Of a stretch of DNA of 35,142 nucleotides, positions 25,305 to 35,142 are shown piece by piece. Location: the IMG/VR virus record IMGVR_UViG_2526164668_000014; one strand, written 5' to 3'. A model generated the notes under the pieces. That model made no database searches. It saw only the letters and a list, made by a program, of their open reading frames with translations, and was not told the origin of the DNA. Position numbers and translations under genes: made by a program. Positions within the stretch are counted from its first letter, which is position 1, and each line of letters begins with the position of its first letter. The DNA is from a virus (taxonomy: Duplodnaviria > Heunggongvirae > Uroviricota > Caudoviricetes).

Positions 25305-28300
25305 TTTGGGGATTGATGCGGCAGAGTTTAAAAATGAAATTCCCCGTATCAAAAACCTTCTGAATGGTGCAGCCAGCGATGCAGAACGGTCTTCTGCCCG
25401 TATGCAGCGTTTTATGGAGCGTCAGACTCAGGCCGCCCGGCAGACAACGCAGGCAGCTTCTTCGGCTGCAACAGCCGCATCCGTCCATGCGCAGACGGTG
25501 GAGAAGAACGCACAGGCTCATGAACGCATGGCCCGCGAGGTGGAGAAAACCCGCCAGCGCATGGAGGCACTGAGCCAGAAAATGCGCGAGGAACAGGCGC
25601 AGGCCATGGCTCTGGCGGAGGCTCAGGATAAAGCGGCTGCTGCGTTTTATCGTCAGATTGACAGTGTGAAACAGGCCAGTGCGGGGCTGCAGGAATTACA
25701 GCGTATTCAGCAGCAGATCCGACAGGCCAGAAACAGTGGCGGGATTGGTCAGCAGGATTATCTGGCGCTGATTTCTGAGGTTACTGCGAAAACCCGTGTT
25801 CTTACACAGGCTGAGGAAGAGGCTACCCGACAGAAAGTGGCGTTTATCCGTCAGCTTAAAGAGCAGGCAACCCGCCTGAATCTTTCATCTTCTGAGTTGC
25901 TTCGTGCTAAGGCAGCCCAGTTGGGGGTAAGCAGTGCTGCAGAAGTGTATATCCGCAAAATGGAGCAGGCAGGAAAAGCCACGCATTCGCTGGGTCTGAA
26001 AAGTGCAGCAGCCCGCCAGGAGATAGGCGTTCTGATAGGTGAACTGGCCCGCGGCAATTTAGGGGCGCTGAGGGGATCCGGGATAACGCTGGCTAACCGT
26101 GCCGGATGGATAGACACACTGATGTCACCGAAAGGCATGATGCTTGGCGGGGTTATTGGCGGTATTGCCGCGGCCGTCTATGGTCTGGGTAAAGCCTGGT
26201 ATGACGGTCAGAAGGAGGGGGAAGAATTTAACCGCCAGTTGTCGCTGACGGGGCATTATGCCGGAGTCACTGCCGGGCAGCTGTGGACGCTCAGTCGTGC
26301 TATTTCCGGGAATGGTATCACGCAACATGCTGCAGCCGGTGCGCTGGCTCAGGTGGTGGGGAGTGGTGCATTTCGTGGAAACGATATCGGTATGGTGGCG
26401 AGAGCTGCCGCACAGATGGAGCGATCGGTTGGCCAGTCGGTCAGCGATACCATAAATCAGTTTAAGCGGCTGAAGGATGATCCTGTAAATGCCGCGAAGG
26501 CTCTGGACAATGAGCTGCATTTTCTTACTGCCACTCAGCTTGAGCAGATACGTGTCCTTGGGGATCAGGGACGGTCCAGTGATGCTGCACGGATAGCCAT
26601 GTCTGCACTGGCAGAGGAAACCGGTCGGCGTACTGCGGATATTGATAATAACCTCAATGCGCTTGGCAGTACGCTGAAGTATCTGTCTGATTTGTGGAGT
26701 CGTTTCTGGGATGCGGCCATGAATATTGGTCGTGAAGACTCGCTGGATGAACAGATTGCCGCTTTACAGGAGAAAGTGTCGCGGGCGAAAAGACTCCCCT
26801 GGACGGCATCATCTTCTCAGGTTGAATACGATCAGCAGCGTCTTAACGATCTTCAGGAGAAAAAACGCCAGAAGGATTTGCAGGATGCAAAAGAGCAGGC
26901 AGAGCGGAATTATCAGGAGCAACAGAAACGCCGTAATGCTGAAAATGCTGCACTGAACCGGATGAATGAAACGGAAGCAGCACGACATCAGCGTGAAATT
27001 GCGCGTATTAATTCCATGCAGTACGCCGATCAGACTGTCAGGGATGCAGCGATACAAAGTGAAAATGAACGTTACGAGAAAGCCCTAGCATCCGGTAAGA
27101 AAAAAACACGCGAAACCCGTAATGATGAGGCCACCCGGTTATTGCTGCAGTACAGTCAGCAACAGGCACAGGTGGAAGGACAGATTGCTGCTGCAAGACA
27201 GTCAGCAGGCATTGCCACTGAAAAGATGACAGAAGCGCATAAACAGCTTCTGGCTCTGCAGCAGCGCATCAGCGATCTGGACGGGAAAAAACTGACGGCA
27301 GATGAAAAGAGTGTGCTGGCCCGTAAAGATGAACTGATTCAGGCACTGACGCTGCTGGATGTAAAACAGCAGGAGCTTCAGAAACAGACGGCACTCAACG
27401 ATCTGAAGAAAAAAACAATTCAGCTGACCAGTCAACTGGCTGAAGAAGAGCGCGCTCAGCGTCAGCAACATGACCTGGATATCGCCACGGTGGGTATGGG
27501 TGATCAGCAGCGGCAGCGATATCAGGTACAACTGAGTCTTCGCCAGAAATACCAGCAACAGCTGGAGCAGTTGAGGCGGGATAGTGAGCAGAAAGGGACA
27601 TATAACACGGATGACTACAGAAAGGCCGAGCAGGCGCTGACGGAGAGCCTGAACCGACAACTGAATGAGAATCGCCGTTACTGGCAACAGCTTGAAGTTG
27701 TGCAGGGTAACTGGAAAAACGGAGTCCTGCGTGCATTTCAGGATTTTACCGTGGATGCAGACAATACGGCAGGAACAGCAGAACAGGTGTTCTCGTCAGC
27801 CTTCAGCAACATGGGAAATGGCCTGGCAACTTTTGTCACTACCGGCAAACTCAACTTCAAATCCTTCACCTCTTCGGTGCTGTCAGATATGGCGAAAATT
27901 CTGGCGCAGGCAACCATGATGAAATCGATAAAAGGGATTGGCAGTGTACTGGGATTTGATCTCAGCAGCCTTTCCCTGAATGCCAATGGGGGGATTTATC
28001 AGTCTGCTGATTTGAGTCGTTACAGTGGCACGGTGGTTAACCGTCCGACGTTTTTTGCTTTTGCAAAAGGCGCGGGTGTGATGGGGGAAGCTGGACCTGA
28101 AGCCATTCTGCCACTGCGTCGTGGTGCTGACGGTAAGCTGGGGGTTGTGGCGGATATTGGTGGTTCAGGTATGGCGATGTTTGCCCCGCAGTACAACATC
28201 GAGATCAATAACGATGGCACGAACGGGCAGATAGGTCCGGCTGCCCTGAAGGTGGTTTATGACCTTGGGAAAAAAGCAGCAGCGGACTTTATGCAACAGC

Positions 28301-28341
28301 AGGCCCGTGATGGTGGTCGGTTAAGTGGAGCATATCGGTAA
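25276..28341 (+). CDS. H: Tail tape measure protein H
   Basis: About 1021 aa, long coiled-coil Q/A/E/R-rich, positioned between G-T and M. Confidence 0.85.
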   Translation: MDQIANLVIDLGIDAAEFKNEIPRIKNLLNGAASDAERSSARMQRFMERQTQAARQTTQAASSAATAASVHAQTVEKNAQAHERMAREVEKTRQRMEALSQKMREEQAQAMALAEAQDKAAAAFYRQIDSVKQASAGLQELQRIQQQIRQARNSGGIGQQDYLALISEVTAKTRVLTQAEEEATRQKVAFIRQLKEQATRLNLSSSELLRAKAAQLGVSSAAEVYIRKMEQAGKATHSLGLKSAAARQEIGVLIGELARGNLGALRGSGITLANRAGWIDTLMSPKGMMLGGVIGGIAAAVYGLGKAWYDGQKEGEEFNRQLSLTGHYAGVTAGQLWTLSRAISGNGITQHAAAGALAQVVGSGAFRGNDIGMVARAAAQMERSVGQSVSDTINQFKRLKDDPVNAAKALDNELHFLTATQLEQIRVLGDQGRSSDAARIAMSALAEETGRRTADIDNNLNALGSTLKYLSDLWSRFWDAAMNIGREDSLDEQIAALQEKVSRAKRLPWTASSSQVEYDQQRLNDLQEKKRQKDLQDAKEQAERNYQEQQKRRNAENAALNRMNETEAARHQREIARINSMQYADQTVRDAAIQSENERYEKALASGKKKTRETRNDEATRLLLQYSQQQAQVEGQIAAARQSAGIATEKMTEAHKQLLALQQRISDLDGKKLTADEKSVLARKDELIQALTLLDVKQQELQKQTALNDLKKKTIQLTSQLAEEERAQRQQHDLDIATVGMGDQQRQRYQVQLSLRQKYQQQLEQLRRDSEQKGTYNTDDYRKAEQALTESLNRQLNENRRYWQQLEVVQGNWKNGVLRAFQDFTVDADNTAGTAEQVFSSAFSNMGNGLATFVTTGKLNFKSFTSSVLSDMAKILAQATMMKSIKGIGSVLGFDLSSLSLNANGGIYQSADLSRYSGTVVNRPTFFAFAKGAGVMGEAGPEAILPLRRGADGKLGVVADIGGSGMAMFAPQYNIEINNDGTNGQIGPAALKVVYDLGKKAAADFMQQQARDGGRLSGAYR

Positions 28342-28670
28342 TGGAGACGTTTCACTGGAAAGTGCGCCCGGATATGAATGTGGTATCAGAGCCGAAAGTG
28401 GTGACAGTGAAGCTGGGCGATGGTTATGAACAGCGTCGTGCGGCGGGACTGAATAACCAGTTGTCGACTTACAGCGTGACGATACGTGTTCGTAAATGTG
28501 AACACCCATCTTTAAAAGCCTTTCTGGAACGGCACGGTGGCGTCCGCGCATTTCAGTGGACGCCACCTTATGACTGGAAGCCGATCAGGGTGGTTTGTCG
28601 TAAATGGTCGGCAAGCGTGGGGGCGTTGTGGGTAACCATAACGGCAGATTTTGAACAGGTCGTGGCATAG
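28341..28670 (+). CDS. M: Minor tail protein M
   Basis: METFHWKVRPDMNVV...GDGYEQRRAAGLN...WTPPYDW...FEQVVA resembles remembered lambda M. Confidence 0.85.
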   Translation: METFHWKVRPDMNVVSEPKVVTVKLGDGYEQRRAAGLNNQLSTYSVTIRVRKCEHPSLKAFLERHGGVRAFQWTPPYDWKPIRVVCRKWSASVGALWVTITADFEQVVA

Positions 28671-28679
28671 GAGTCTCTG

Positions 28680-29378
28680 ATGCTGGATATTCCACAGGAA
28701 ACACATCATGAGACGACACGCCTCACTCAGTCAGCCCAGGTGGTGCTCTGGGAAATCGATCTGACAGTGGTCGGTGGAGAACGTTATTTTTTCTGTAATG
28801 AGCAGAACGAAAAAGGTGAGCCGGTCACCTGGCAGGGGCGACAGTATCAGGCCTATCCCATTCAGGGGACGGGATTTGAACTGAACGGCAAGGGCAGTGC
28901 TGCCCGTCCGACACTGACGGTTGCTAACCTGCACGGCATGGTCACCGGGATGGCGAAAGACCTGCAGAGTCTGGTCGGAGGAACGGTGGTCCGGCGTAAG
29001 GTTTACGCCCGTTTTCTGGATGCGGTGAACTTCGTCAACGGAAACAGTGACGCCGATCCGGAGCAGGAGGTGATCAGCCGCTGGCGCATCGAGCAGTGCA
29101 GCGAACTGAGCGCGGTGAGTGCCTCTTTTGTACTGTCCACGCCGACGGAAACGGACGGTGCCGTTTTTCCGGGACGTATCATGCTGGCCAACACCTGCAC
29201 CTGGACCTATCGCGGTGATGAGTGCGGTTATCACGGTCCGGCGGTCGCGGATGAATATGATCAGCCGACGTCCGATATCACGAAGGATAAATGCAGCAAA
29301 TGCCTGAGCGGCTGTAAGTTCCGCAATAACGTCGGCAACTTTGGCGGCTTCCTTTCCATTAACAAACTTTCGCAGTGA
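28680..29378 (+). CDS. L: Minor tail protein L
   Basis: 232 aa; Cys cluster CTWTYRGDECGY...CSKCLSGC; gene order. Confidence 0.85.
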   Translation: MLDIPQETHHETTRLTQSAQVVLWEIDLTVVGGERYFFCNEQNEKGEPVTWQGRQYQAYPIQGTGFELNGKGSAARPTLTVANLHGMVTGMAKDLQSLVGGTVVRRKVYARFLDAVNFVNGNSDADPEQEVISRWRIEQCSELSAVSASFVLSTPTETDGAVFPGRIMLANTCTWTYRGDECGYHGPAVADEYDQPTSDITKDKCSKCLSGCKFRNNVGNFGGFLSINKLSQ

Positions 29379-29383
29379 ATCCC

Positions 29384-30127
29384 ATGACAGAGACAGAATC
29401 AGCGATTCTGGCGCACGCCCGGCGATGTGCGCCAGCGGAGTCGTGCGGCTTCGTGGTAAGCACGCCGGAGGGGGAAAGATATTTCCCCTGCGTGAATATC
29501 TCCGGTGAGCCGGAGGCGTATTTCCGTATGTCGCCGGAAGACTGGCTGCAGGCAGAAATGCAGGGTGAGATTGTGGCGCTGGTCCACAGCCACCCCGGTG
29601 GTCTGCCCTGGCTGAGTGAGGCCGACCGGCGGCTGCAGGTGCAGAGTGATTTGCCGTGGTGGCTGGTCTGCCGGGGGACGATTCATAAATTCCGCTGTGT
29701 GCCGCATCTCACCGGGCGGCGCTTTGAGCACGGGGTGACGGACTGTTACACGCTGTTCCGGGACGCTTATCATCTGGCGGGGATTGAGATGCCGGACTTT
29801 CATCGTGAGGATGACTGGTGGCGTAACGGTCAGAATCTCTATCTGGATAATCTGGAGGCCACAGGGCTGTATCAGGTGCCGTTGTCATCAGCACAACCGG
29901 GCGATGTGCTGCTGTGCTGTTTTGGTTCATCGGTGCCGAATCATGCCGCCATTTACTGTGGCGACGGCGAGCTGCTGCACCATATTCCTGAACAACTGAG
30001 TAAACGAGAGAGGTACACCGACAAATGGCAGCGACGCACACACTCCCTCTGGCGTCACCGGGCATGGCACGCATCTGCCTTTACGGGGATTTGCAACGAT
30101 TTGGTCGCCGTATCGACCTTCGTGTGA
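29384..30127 (+). CDS. K: Tail tip assembly protein K (JAB/MPN plus NlpC/P60 domains)
   Basis: JAB motif EIVALVHSHPGG; C-terminal Cys/His peptidase-like region; GTG at 29375 is an alternative start. Confidence 0.85.
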   Translation: MTETESAILAHARRCAPAESCGFVVSTPEGERYFPCVNISGEPEAYFRMSPEDWLQAEMQGEIVALVHSHPGGLPWLSEADRRLQVQSDLPWWLVCRGTIHKFRCVPHLTGRRFEHGVTDCYTLFRDAYHLAGIEMPDFHREDDWWRNGQNLYLDNLEATGLYQVPLSSAQPGDVLLCCFGSSVPNHAAIYCGDGELLHHIPEQLSKRERYTDKWQRRTHSLWRHRAWHASAFTGICNDLVAVSTFV

Positions 30128-30672
30128 AAACGGGGGCTGAAGCCATCCGGGCACTGGCCACACAGCTCCCGGTGTTTCGTCAGAAACTGAATGAGGGCTG
30201 GTATCAGGTGCGCATTGCCGGGCGTGATGCAGGCGAAACTGAATTGTCTGCCCGTCTTAATGAGCCGCTGGCAAATGGTGCCGTGATCCACATCGTGCCG
30301 CGTCTGGCGGGAGCTAAAAGTGGCGGTGTGTTTCAGGTGGTGCTTGGGGCGGCGCTGATTGCGGTGGCATGGTGGAACCCTGTGGGCTGGCTGGGTGCCG
30401 CGGCTGTATCGGGCATGTATGCGGCAGGGGCCAGTATGATCCTGGGCGGAGTGGCGCAGATGCTGGCACCGAAAGCCAGGACGCCCACGGCAGCAAGTAC
30501 AGATAACGGCAAACAGAACACCTATTTCTCCTCACTGGATAACATGGTTGCCCAGGGCAATGTTCTGCCCGTTCTGTACGGTGAAATGCGCGTGGGGTCG
30601 CGGGTGGTCTCTCAGGAGATCAGCACGGCAGACGAAGGGGATGGTGGTCAGGTTGTGGTGATTGGTCGCTGA
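30025..30672 (+). CDS. I: Tail tip assembly protein I
   Basis: 215 aa; central hydrophobic Gly/Ala-rich segment; C-terminus NVLPVLYGEMRVGSRVVSQEIS; the 5' end overlaps K by about 100 nt. Confidence 0.8.
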   Translation: MAATHTLPLASPGMARICLYGDLQRFGRRIDLRVKTGAEAIRALATQLPVFRQKLNEGWYQVRIAGRDAGETELSARLNEPLANGAVIHIVPRLAGAKSGGVFQVVLGAALIAVAWWNPVGWLGAAAVSGMYAAGASMILGGVAQMLAPKARTPTAASTDNGKQNTYFSSLDNMVAQGNVLPVLYGEMRVGSRVVSQEISTADEGDGGQVVVIGR

Positions 30673-30691
30673 TGAAAAACGTTTATGTGAA

Positions 30692-30712
30692 ACCGCCTCA
30701 GGGCGGTTTTGT
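30692..30712 (+). terminator. Rho-independent terminator-like hairpin after I
   Basis: CCGCC-TCAG-GGCGG hairpin followed by TTTTGTCGTTT. Confidence 0.5.
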
Positions 30713-30731
30713 CGTTTCTGGAGCGTGAGGA

Positions 30732-33700
30732 ATGGGTAAAGGCAGCAGTAAGGGGCATACCCCGCGCGAAGCGAAGGACAACCTGAAATCATCCCAGATG
30801 CTGAGCGTGATAGACGCCATCAGCGAAGGGCCGGTTGAAGGTCCGGTGGACGGATTAAAAAGTGTGCTGCTGAACAGTACGCCAGTGCTGGACAGTGAGG
30901 GGAATACCAATATCTCCGGTGTCACGGTGGTTTTCCGGGCAGGTGAGCAGGAGCAGACACCGCCGGAGGGATTTGAATCCTCCGGCTCCGAGACGGTGCT
31001 GGGTACGGAAGTGAAGTACGACACGCCGATTACCCGGACCATCACGTCTGCAAACATCGACCGTCTGCGCTTTACCTTCGGTGTGCAGGCACTGGTGGAA
31101 ACCACCTCAAAGGGGGACCGGAATCCGTCGGAAGTCCGCCTGCTGGTTCAGATCCAGCGTAATGGTGGCTGGGTGACGGAAAAAGACATCACCATTAAGG
31201 GCAAAACCACCTCGCAGTATCTGGCCTCGGTGGTGGTGGGTAACCTGCCGCCGCGCCCGTTCAATATACGGATGCGCAGGATGACGCCGGACAGCACCAC
31301 AGACCAGCTGCAGAACAAAACGCTCTGGTCGTCATACACCGAAATCATCGATGTGAAACAGTGCTACCCGAACACGGCACTGGTCGGCGTGCAGGTGGAT
31401 TCGGAGCAGTTCGGCAGCCAGCAGGTGAGCCGTAATTATCATCTGCGCGGGCGCATTCTGCAGGTGCCGTCGAACTATAACCCGCAGACGCGGCAATACA
31501 GCGGTATCTGGGACGGAACGTTTAAGCCAGCATACAGCAACAACATGGCCTGGTGTCTGTGGGATATGCTGACCCATCCGCGTTATGGCATGGGGAAACG
31601 TCTTGGTGCAGCGGATGTGGATAAATGGGCGCTGTATGTCATCGGCCAGTACTGCGACCAGTCGGTGCCGGACGGCTCTGGCGGCACGGAGCCGCGCATC
31701 ACCTGTAATGCGTACCTGACCACACAGCGCAAGGCGTGGGATGTGCTCAGTGATTTCTGCTCTGCGATGCGCTGTATGCCGGTATGGAACGGGCAGACGC
31801 TGACGTTCGTGCAGGACCGACCGTCGGATAAGGTGTGGACCTATAACCGCAGTAATGTGGTGATGCCGGATGATGGTGCGCCGTTCCGCTACAGCTTCAG
31901 CGCCCTGAAGGACCGCCATAATGCCGTTGAGGTGAACTGGATTGACCCGAATAACGGCTGGGAGACGGCGACAGAGCTTGTGGAGGACACGCAGGCCATT
32001 GCCCGTTACGGTCGTAACGTCACGAAGATGGATGCCTTTGGCTGTACCAGCCGGGGGCAGGCACACCGAGCCGGGCTGTGGCTGATTAAAACGGAACTGC
32101 TGGAAACGCAGACCGTGGACTTCAGCGTGGGCGCCGAAGGGCTTCGCCATGTACCGGGCGATGTCATTGAAATCTGCGATGATGACTATGCCGGTATCCG
32201 CACCGGCGGGCGCGTGCTGGCGGTAAACAGCCAGACCCGGACGCTGACGCTCGACCGTGAAATCACGCTGCCATCTTCCGGCACCACGCTGATAAGCCTG
32301 GTTGACGGGCAGGGGAGTCCGGTCAGCGTGGAGGTTCAGTCCGTCACCGACGGCGTGAAGGTGAAAGTGAGCCGTGTTCCTGACGGCGTTGCTGAATACA
32401 GCGTATGGGGGCTGAAGCTGCCGACGTTGCGCCAGCGCCTGTTCCGCTGCGTGAGTATCCGTGAGAACGACGACGGCACGTATGCCATCACCGCCGTGCA
32501 GCATGTACCGGAAAAAGAGGCCATCGTGGATAACGGGGCGCACTTTGACGGCGACCAGAGCGGCACGGTAAATGGTGTCACGCCGCCAGCGGTGCAGCAC
32601 CTGACCGCAGAAGTCACCGCAGACAGCGGGGAATATCAGGTGCTGGCGCGCTGGGACACACCGAAGGTGGTGAAGGGCGTGAGCTTTATGCTTCGCCTGA
32701 CCGTGGCAGCGGACGACGGCAGTGAGCGGCTGGTCAGCACGGCCCGGACGACGGAAACCACATACCGCTTCACGCAACTGGCGCCGGGGAACTACAGGCT
32801 GACAGTCCGGGCGGCAAATGCCTGGGGACAGCAGGGCGATCCGGCGTCGGTATCGTTCCGGATTGCCGCACCGGCAGCACCGTCGCGGATTGAGCTGACG
32901 CCGGGCTATTTTCAGATAACCGCAACGCCGCATCTTGCCGTTTATGATCCGACGGTACAGTTTGAGTTCTGGTTCTCGGAAACGCGGATTACCGATATCA
33001 GGCAGGTTGAAACCACAGCCCGCTACCTTGGCACGGGGCTGTACTGGATAGCCGCCAGTATCAATATCAAACCGGGCCATGATTATTACTTTTATATCCG
33101 CAGTGTGAACACCGTTGGCAAATCGGCATTCGTGGAGGCCGTCGGTCGGGCGAGCGATGATGCGGAAGGTTACCTGGATTTTTTCAAAGGCAAGATAACC
33201 GAATCCCATCTCGGCAAGGAGCTGCTGGAAAAAGTCGAGCTGACGGAGGATAACGCCAGCAGACTGGAGGAGTTTTCGAAAGAGTGGAAGGACGCCAACG
33301 ATAAGTGGAATGCAATGTGGGCTGTCAAAATTGAGCAGACCAAAGACGGCAAACATTATGTCGCGGGTATTGGCCTCAGCATGGAGGACACGGAGGAAGG
33401 CAAACTGAGCCAGTTTCTGGTTGCCGCTAACCGTATCGCGTTTATTGACCCGGCAAACGGGAATGAAACGCCGATGTTTGTGGCGCAGGGCAACCAGATA
33501 TTCATGAACGACGTGTTCCTGAAGCGCCTGACGGCTCCCACCATTACCAGCGGCGGTAATCCTCCGGCATTTTCCCTGACACCGGACGGAAAGCTGACCG
33601 CTAAAAATGCAGATATCAGTGGCAGTGTGAATGCGAACGCCGGGACGCTCAACAATGTCACAATTAATGAGAACTGTCAGATTAAGGGGAAACTGTCAGC

Positions 33701-34127
33701 CAACCAGATTGAAGGCGATATAGTCAAAACAGTGGGTAAGGCTTTTCCGCGGGACTCCCGGGCACCGGAGCGGTGGCCATCAGGGACCATTACCGTCAGG
33801 GTTTATGACGATCAGCCGTTTGACCGGCAGATTGTTATTCCGGCGGTGGCATTCAGTGGCGCTAAGCATGAGAGAGAGCATACTGATATTTACTCCTCAT
33901 GCCGTCTGATAGTGCGGAAAAACGGTGCTGAAATTTATAACCGTACCGCGCTGGATAATACGCTGATTTACAGTGGCGTTATTGATATGCCTGCCGGTCA
34001 CGGTCACATGACGCTGGAGTTTTCGGTATCAGCATGGCTAGTGAATAACTGGTATCCCACAGCAAGTATCAGCGATTTGCTGGTTGTGGTGATGAAGAAA
34101 GCCACCGCAGGCATCAGTATCAGCTGA
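30732..34127 (+). CDS. J: Central tail fibre / host-specificity protein J
   Basis: 1131 aa; N-terminus [20 protein letters not shown] as in lambda J; fibronectin-III-like repeats; gene order. Confidence 0.9.
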   Translation: MGKGSSKGHTPREAKDNLKSSQMLSVIDAISEGPVEGPVDGLKSVLLNSTPVLDSEGNTNISGVTVVFRAGEQEQTPPEGFESSGSETVLGTEVKYDTPITRTITSANIDRLRFTFGVQALVETTSKGDRNPSEVRLLVQIQRNGGWVTEKDITIKGKTTSQYLASVVVGNLPPRPFNIRMRRMTPDSTTDQLQNKTLWSSYTEIIDVKQCYPNTALVGVQVDSEQFGSQQVSRNYHLRGRILQVPSNYNPQTRQYSGIWDGTFKPAYSNNMAWCLWDMLTHPRYGMGKRLGAADVDKWALYVIGQYCDQSVPDGSGGTEPRITCNAYLTTQRKAWDVLSDFCSAMRCMPVWNGQTLTFVQDRPSDKVWTYNRSNVVMPDDGAPFRYSFSALKDRHNAVEVNWIDPNNGWETATELVEDTQAIARYGRNVTKMDAFGCTSRGQAHRAGLWLIKTELLETQTVDFSVGAEGLRHVPGDVIEICDDDYAGIRTGGRVLAVNSQTRTLTLDREITLPSSGTTLISLVDGQGSPVSVEVQSVTDGVKVKVSRVPDGVAEYSVWGLKLPTLRQRLFRCVSIRENDDGTYAITAVQHVPEKEAIVDNGAHFDGDQSGTVNGVTPPAVQHLTAEVTADSGEYQVLARWDTPKVVKGVSFMLRLTVAADDGSERLVSTARTTETTYRFTQLAPGNYRLTVRAANAWGQQGDPASVSFRIAAPAAPSRIELTPGYFQITATPHLAVYDPTVQFEFWFSETRITDIRQVETTARYLGTGLYWIAASINIKPGHDYYFYIRSVNTVGKSAFVEAVGRASDDAEGYLDFFKGKITESHLGKELLEKVELTEDNASRLEEFSKEWKDANDKWNAMWAVKIEQTKDGKHYVAGIGLSMEDTEEGKLSQFLVAANRIAFIDPANGNETPMFVAQGNQIFMNDVFLKRLTAPTITSGGNPPAFSLTPDGKLTAKNADISGSVNANAGTLNNVTINENCQIKGKLSANQIEGDIVKTVGKAFPRDSRAPERWPSGTITVRVYDDQPFDRQIVIPAVAFSGAKHEREHTDIYSSCRLIVRKNGAEIYNRTALDNTLIYSGVIDMPAGHGHMTLEFSVSAWLVNNWYPTASISDLLVVVMKKATAGISIS

Positions 34128-34147
34128 ATTTTATAACCCATATACGG

Positions 34148-34171
34148 GCGCCAGAAATGGCGCCTTTTTTA
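34148..34171 (+). terminator. Rho-independent terminator after J
   Basis: GGCGCC-AGAAAT-GGCGCC hairpin followed by TTTTTT. Confidence 0.65.
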
Positions 34172-34194
34172 TTGCAGAAAAGCGAGAGGTAATT

Positions 34195-34797
34195 ATGCGT
34201 AAACTTTATGCCGCCATTTTGTCCGCAGCCATTTGTCTGGCCGTATCCGGTGCGCCTGCATGGGCGTCTGAACATCAGTCCACGCTGAGCGCGGGGTATC
34301 TTCATGCCTCGACGAACGTTCCCGGCAGCGATGAACTGAACGGGATTAACGTGAAATACCGTTATGAGTTTACGGACACACTGGGGATGGTGACGTCATT
34401 CAGCTATGCAGGAGACAAGAATCGCCAGCTGACCCATTACAGCGATACCCGCTGGCATGAAGATTCCGTGCGTAACCGCTGGTTCAGCGTGATGGCGGGG
34501 CCGTCTGTGCGCGTGAATGAATGGTTCAGCGCGTATGCGATGGCGGGTATGGCTTACAGCCGTGTGTCGACTTTCTCCGGGGATTATCTCCGCGTAACTG
34601 ACAACAAGGGGAAAACGCACGACGTGCTGACCGGAAGTGATGACGGTCGCCACAGCAACACGTCTCTGGCGGTGGGGAGCGTGGCGTGCACGTTTAACCC
34701 GACCGAATCCGTGGCCATTGATATTGCTTATGAAGGCTCCGGCAGTGGCGACTGGCGCACTGACGGTTTCATCGTGGGTGTCGGTTATAAGTTCTGA
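34195..34797 (+). CDS. lom: Lom (Ail/Lom-family outer-membrane beta-barrel protein)
   Basis: 200 aa; signal peptide MRKLYAAILSAAICLAVSGAPAWA; C-terminal GFIVGVGYKF beta-barrel signature. Confidence 0.9.
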   Translation: MRKLYAAILSAAICLAVSGAPAWASEHQSTLSAGYLHASTNVPGSDELNGINVKYRYEFTDTLGMVTSFSYAGDKNRQLTHYSDTRWHEDSVRNRWFSVMAGPSVRVNEWFSAYAMAGMAYSRVSTFSGDYLRVTDNKGKTHDVLTGSDDGRHSNTSLAVGSVACTFNPTESVAIDIAYEGSGSGDWRTDGFIVGVGYKF

Positions 34798-34823
34798 TTA
34801 GCCAGGTAACACAGTGTTATGAC

Positions 34824-34851
34824 AGCCCGCCGGTTCAGGCGGGCTTTTTTG
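34824..34851 (+). terminator. Rho-independent terminator after lom
   Basis: AGCCCGCC-GGTTCA-GGCGGGCT hairpin followed by TTTTTT. Confidence 0.65.
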
Positions 34852-34861
34852 TGGGGTGAAT

Positions 34862-35142
34862 ATGGCAGTAAAGATTTCAGGTGTACTGAAAGACGGCACA
34901 GGAAAACCGGTACAGAACTGCACAATCCAGCTGAAAGCAAAACGTAACAGCACCACGGTGGTGGTGAACACGCTGGCCTCAGAAAATCCGGATGAAGCCG
35001 GGCGTTACAGCATGGACGTTGAGTACGGGCAGTACAGCGTTATTCTGTTGGTGGAAGGATTCCCGCCGTCACATGCCGGGACCATCACCGTGTATGAAGA
35101 TTCTCAACCGGGGACGCTGAATGATTTTCTCGGTGCCATGTC
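34862..35142 (+). CDS. stf: Side tail fibre protein Stf, N-terminal part (runs off the window)
   Basis: MAVKISGVLKDGTGKPVQNCTIQLKAKRNS... matches the remembered N-terminus of lambda Stf; open to the window end. Confidence 0.8.
   Translation, partial: MAVKISGVLKDGTGKPVQNCTIQLKAKRNSTTVVVNTLASENPDEAGRYSMDVEYGQYSVILLVEGFPPSHAGTITVYEDSQPGTLNDFLGAM

Noticed and set aside
25851-28220. Several 60-160 aa minus-strand and off-frame ORFs inside the tape-measure gene
   Set aside because: All are embedded in a long, well-supported CDS with low-complexity translations; no independent signals
31332-33356. 674-aa ORF on the minus strand
   Set aside because: Lies wholly antisense within J, is GC-rich and Arg/Pro/Ala-heavy with no RBS context; typical antisense artefact of a long high-GC gene

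Overview
No tools or database searches were run; all calls come from reading the sequence and recognising proteins from memory. The window is almost entirely one lambdoid prophage of the E. coli Qin / phage-21 type, in this order: an IS3-family transposase fragment at the left edge; immunity genes (dicA, dicC); a replication module (YdaT-like protein, O-like initiator with an internal iteron array) interrupted by a DDE-transposase insertion; a nin-like accessory block (flxA with a sigma-28 promoter, relB-relE-hokD, rem, ydfU); antiterminator Q with a PR-prime/tR-prime pair; cold-shock genes (cspF, cspB, a ydfK-like gene); a lysis cassette (pinholin essQ, ydfR, SAR endolysin rrrQ, nested Rz/Rz1); a cargo island (cspI, gnsB, ydfO and several small ORFs); a cos-like site; terminase small and large subunits, W, portal, a ClpP-like protease/major capsid fusion, connectors; lambda-like tail genes Z through J; lom; and the start of stf. 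No rRNA, tRNA or CRISPR array was seen. I did not find a clearly new multi-gene system; the best candidates for undescribed biology are the small-protein cargo island between Rz and cos, the rem/ydfU block, and the cold-shock cluster around the lysis genes. Coordinates of regulatory sites are hand-counted and may be off by 1-2 nt.
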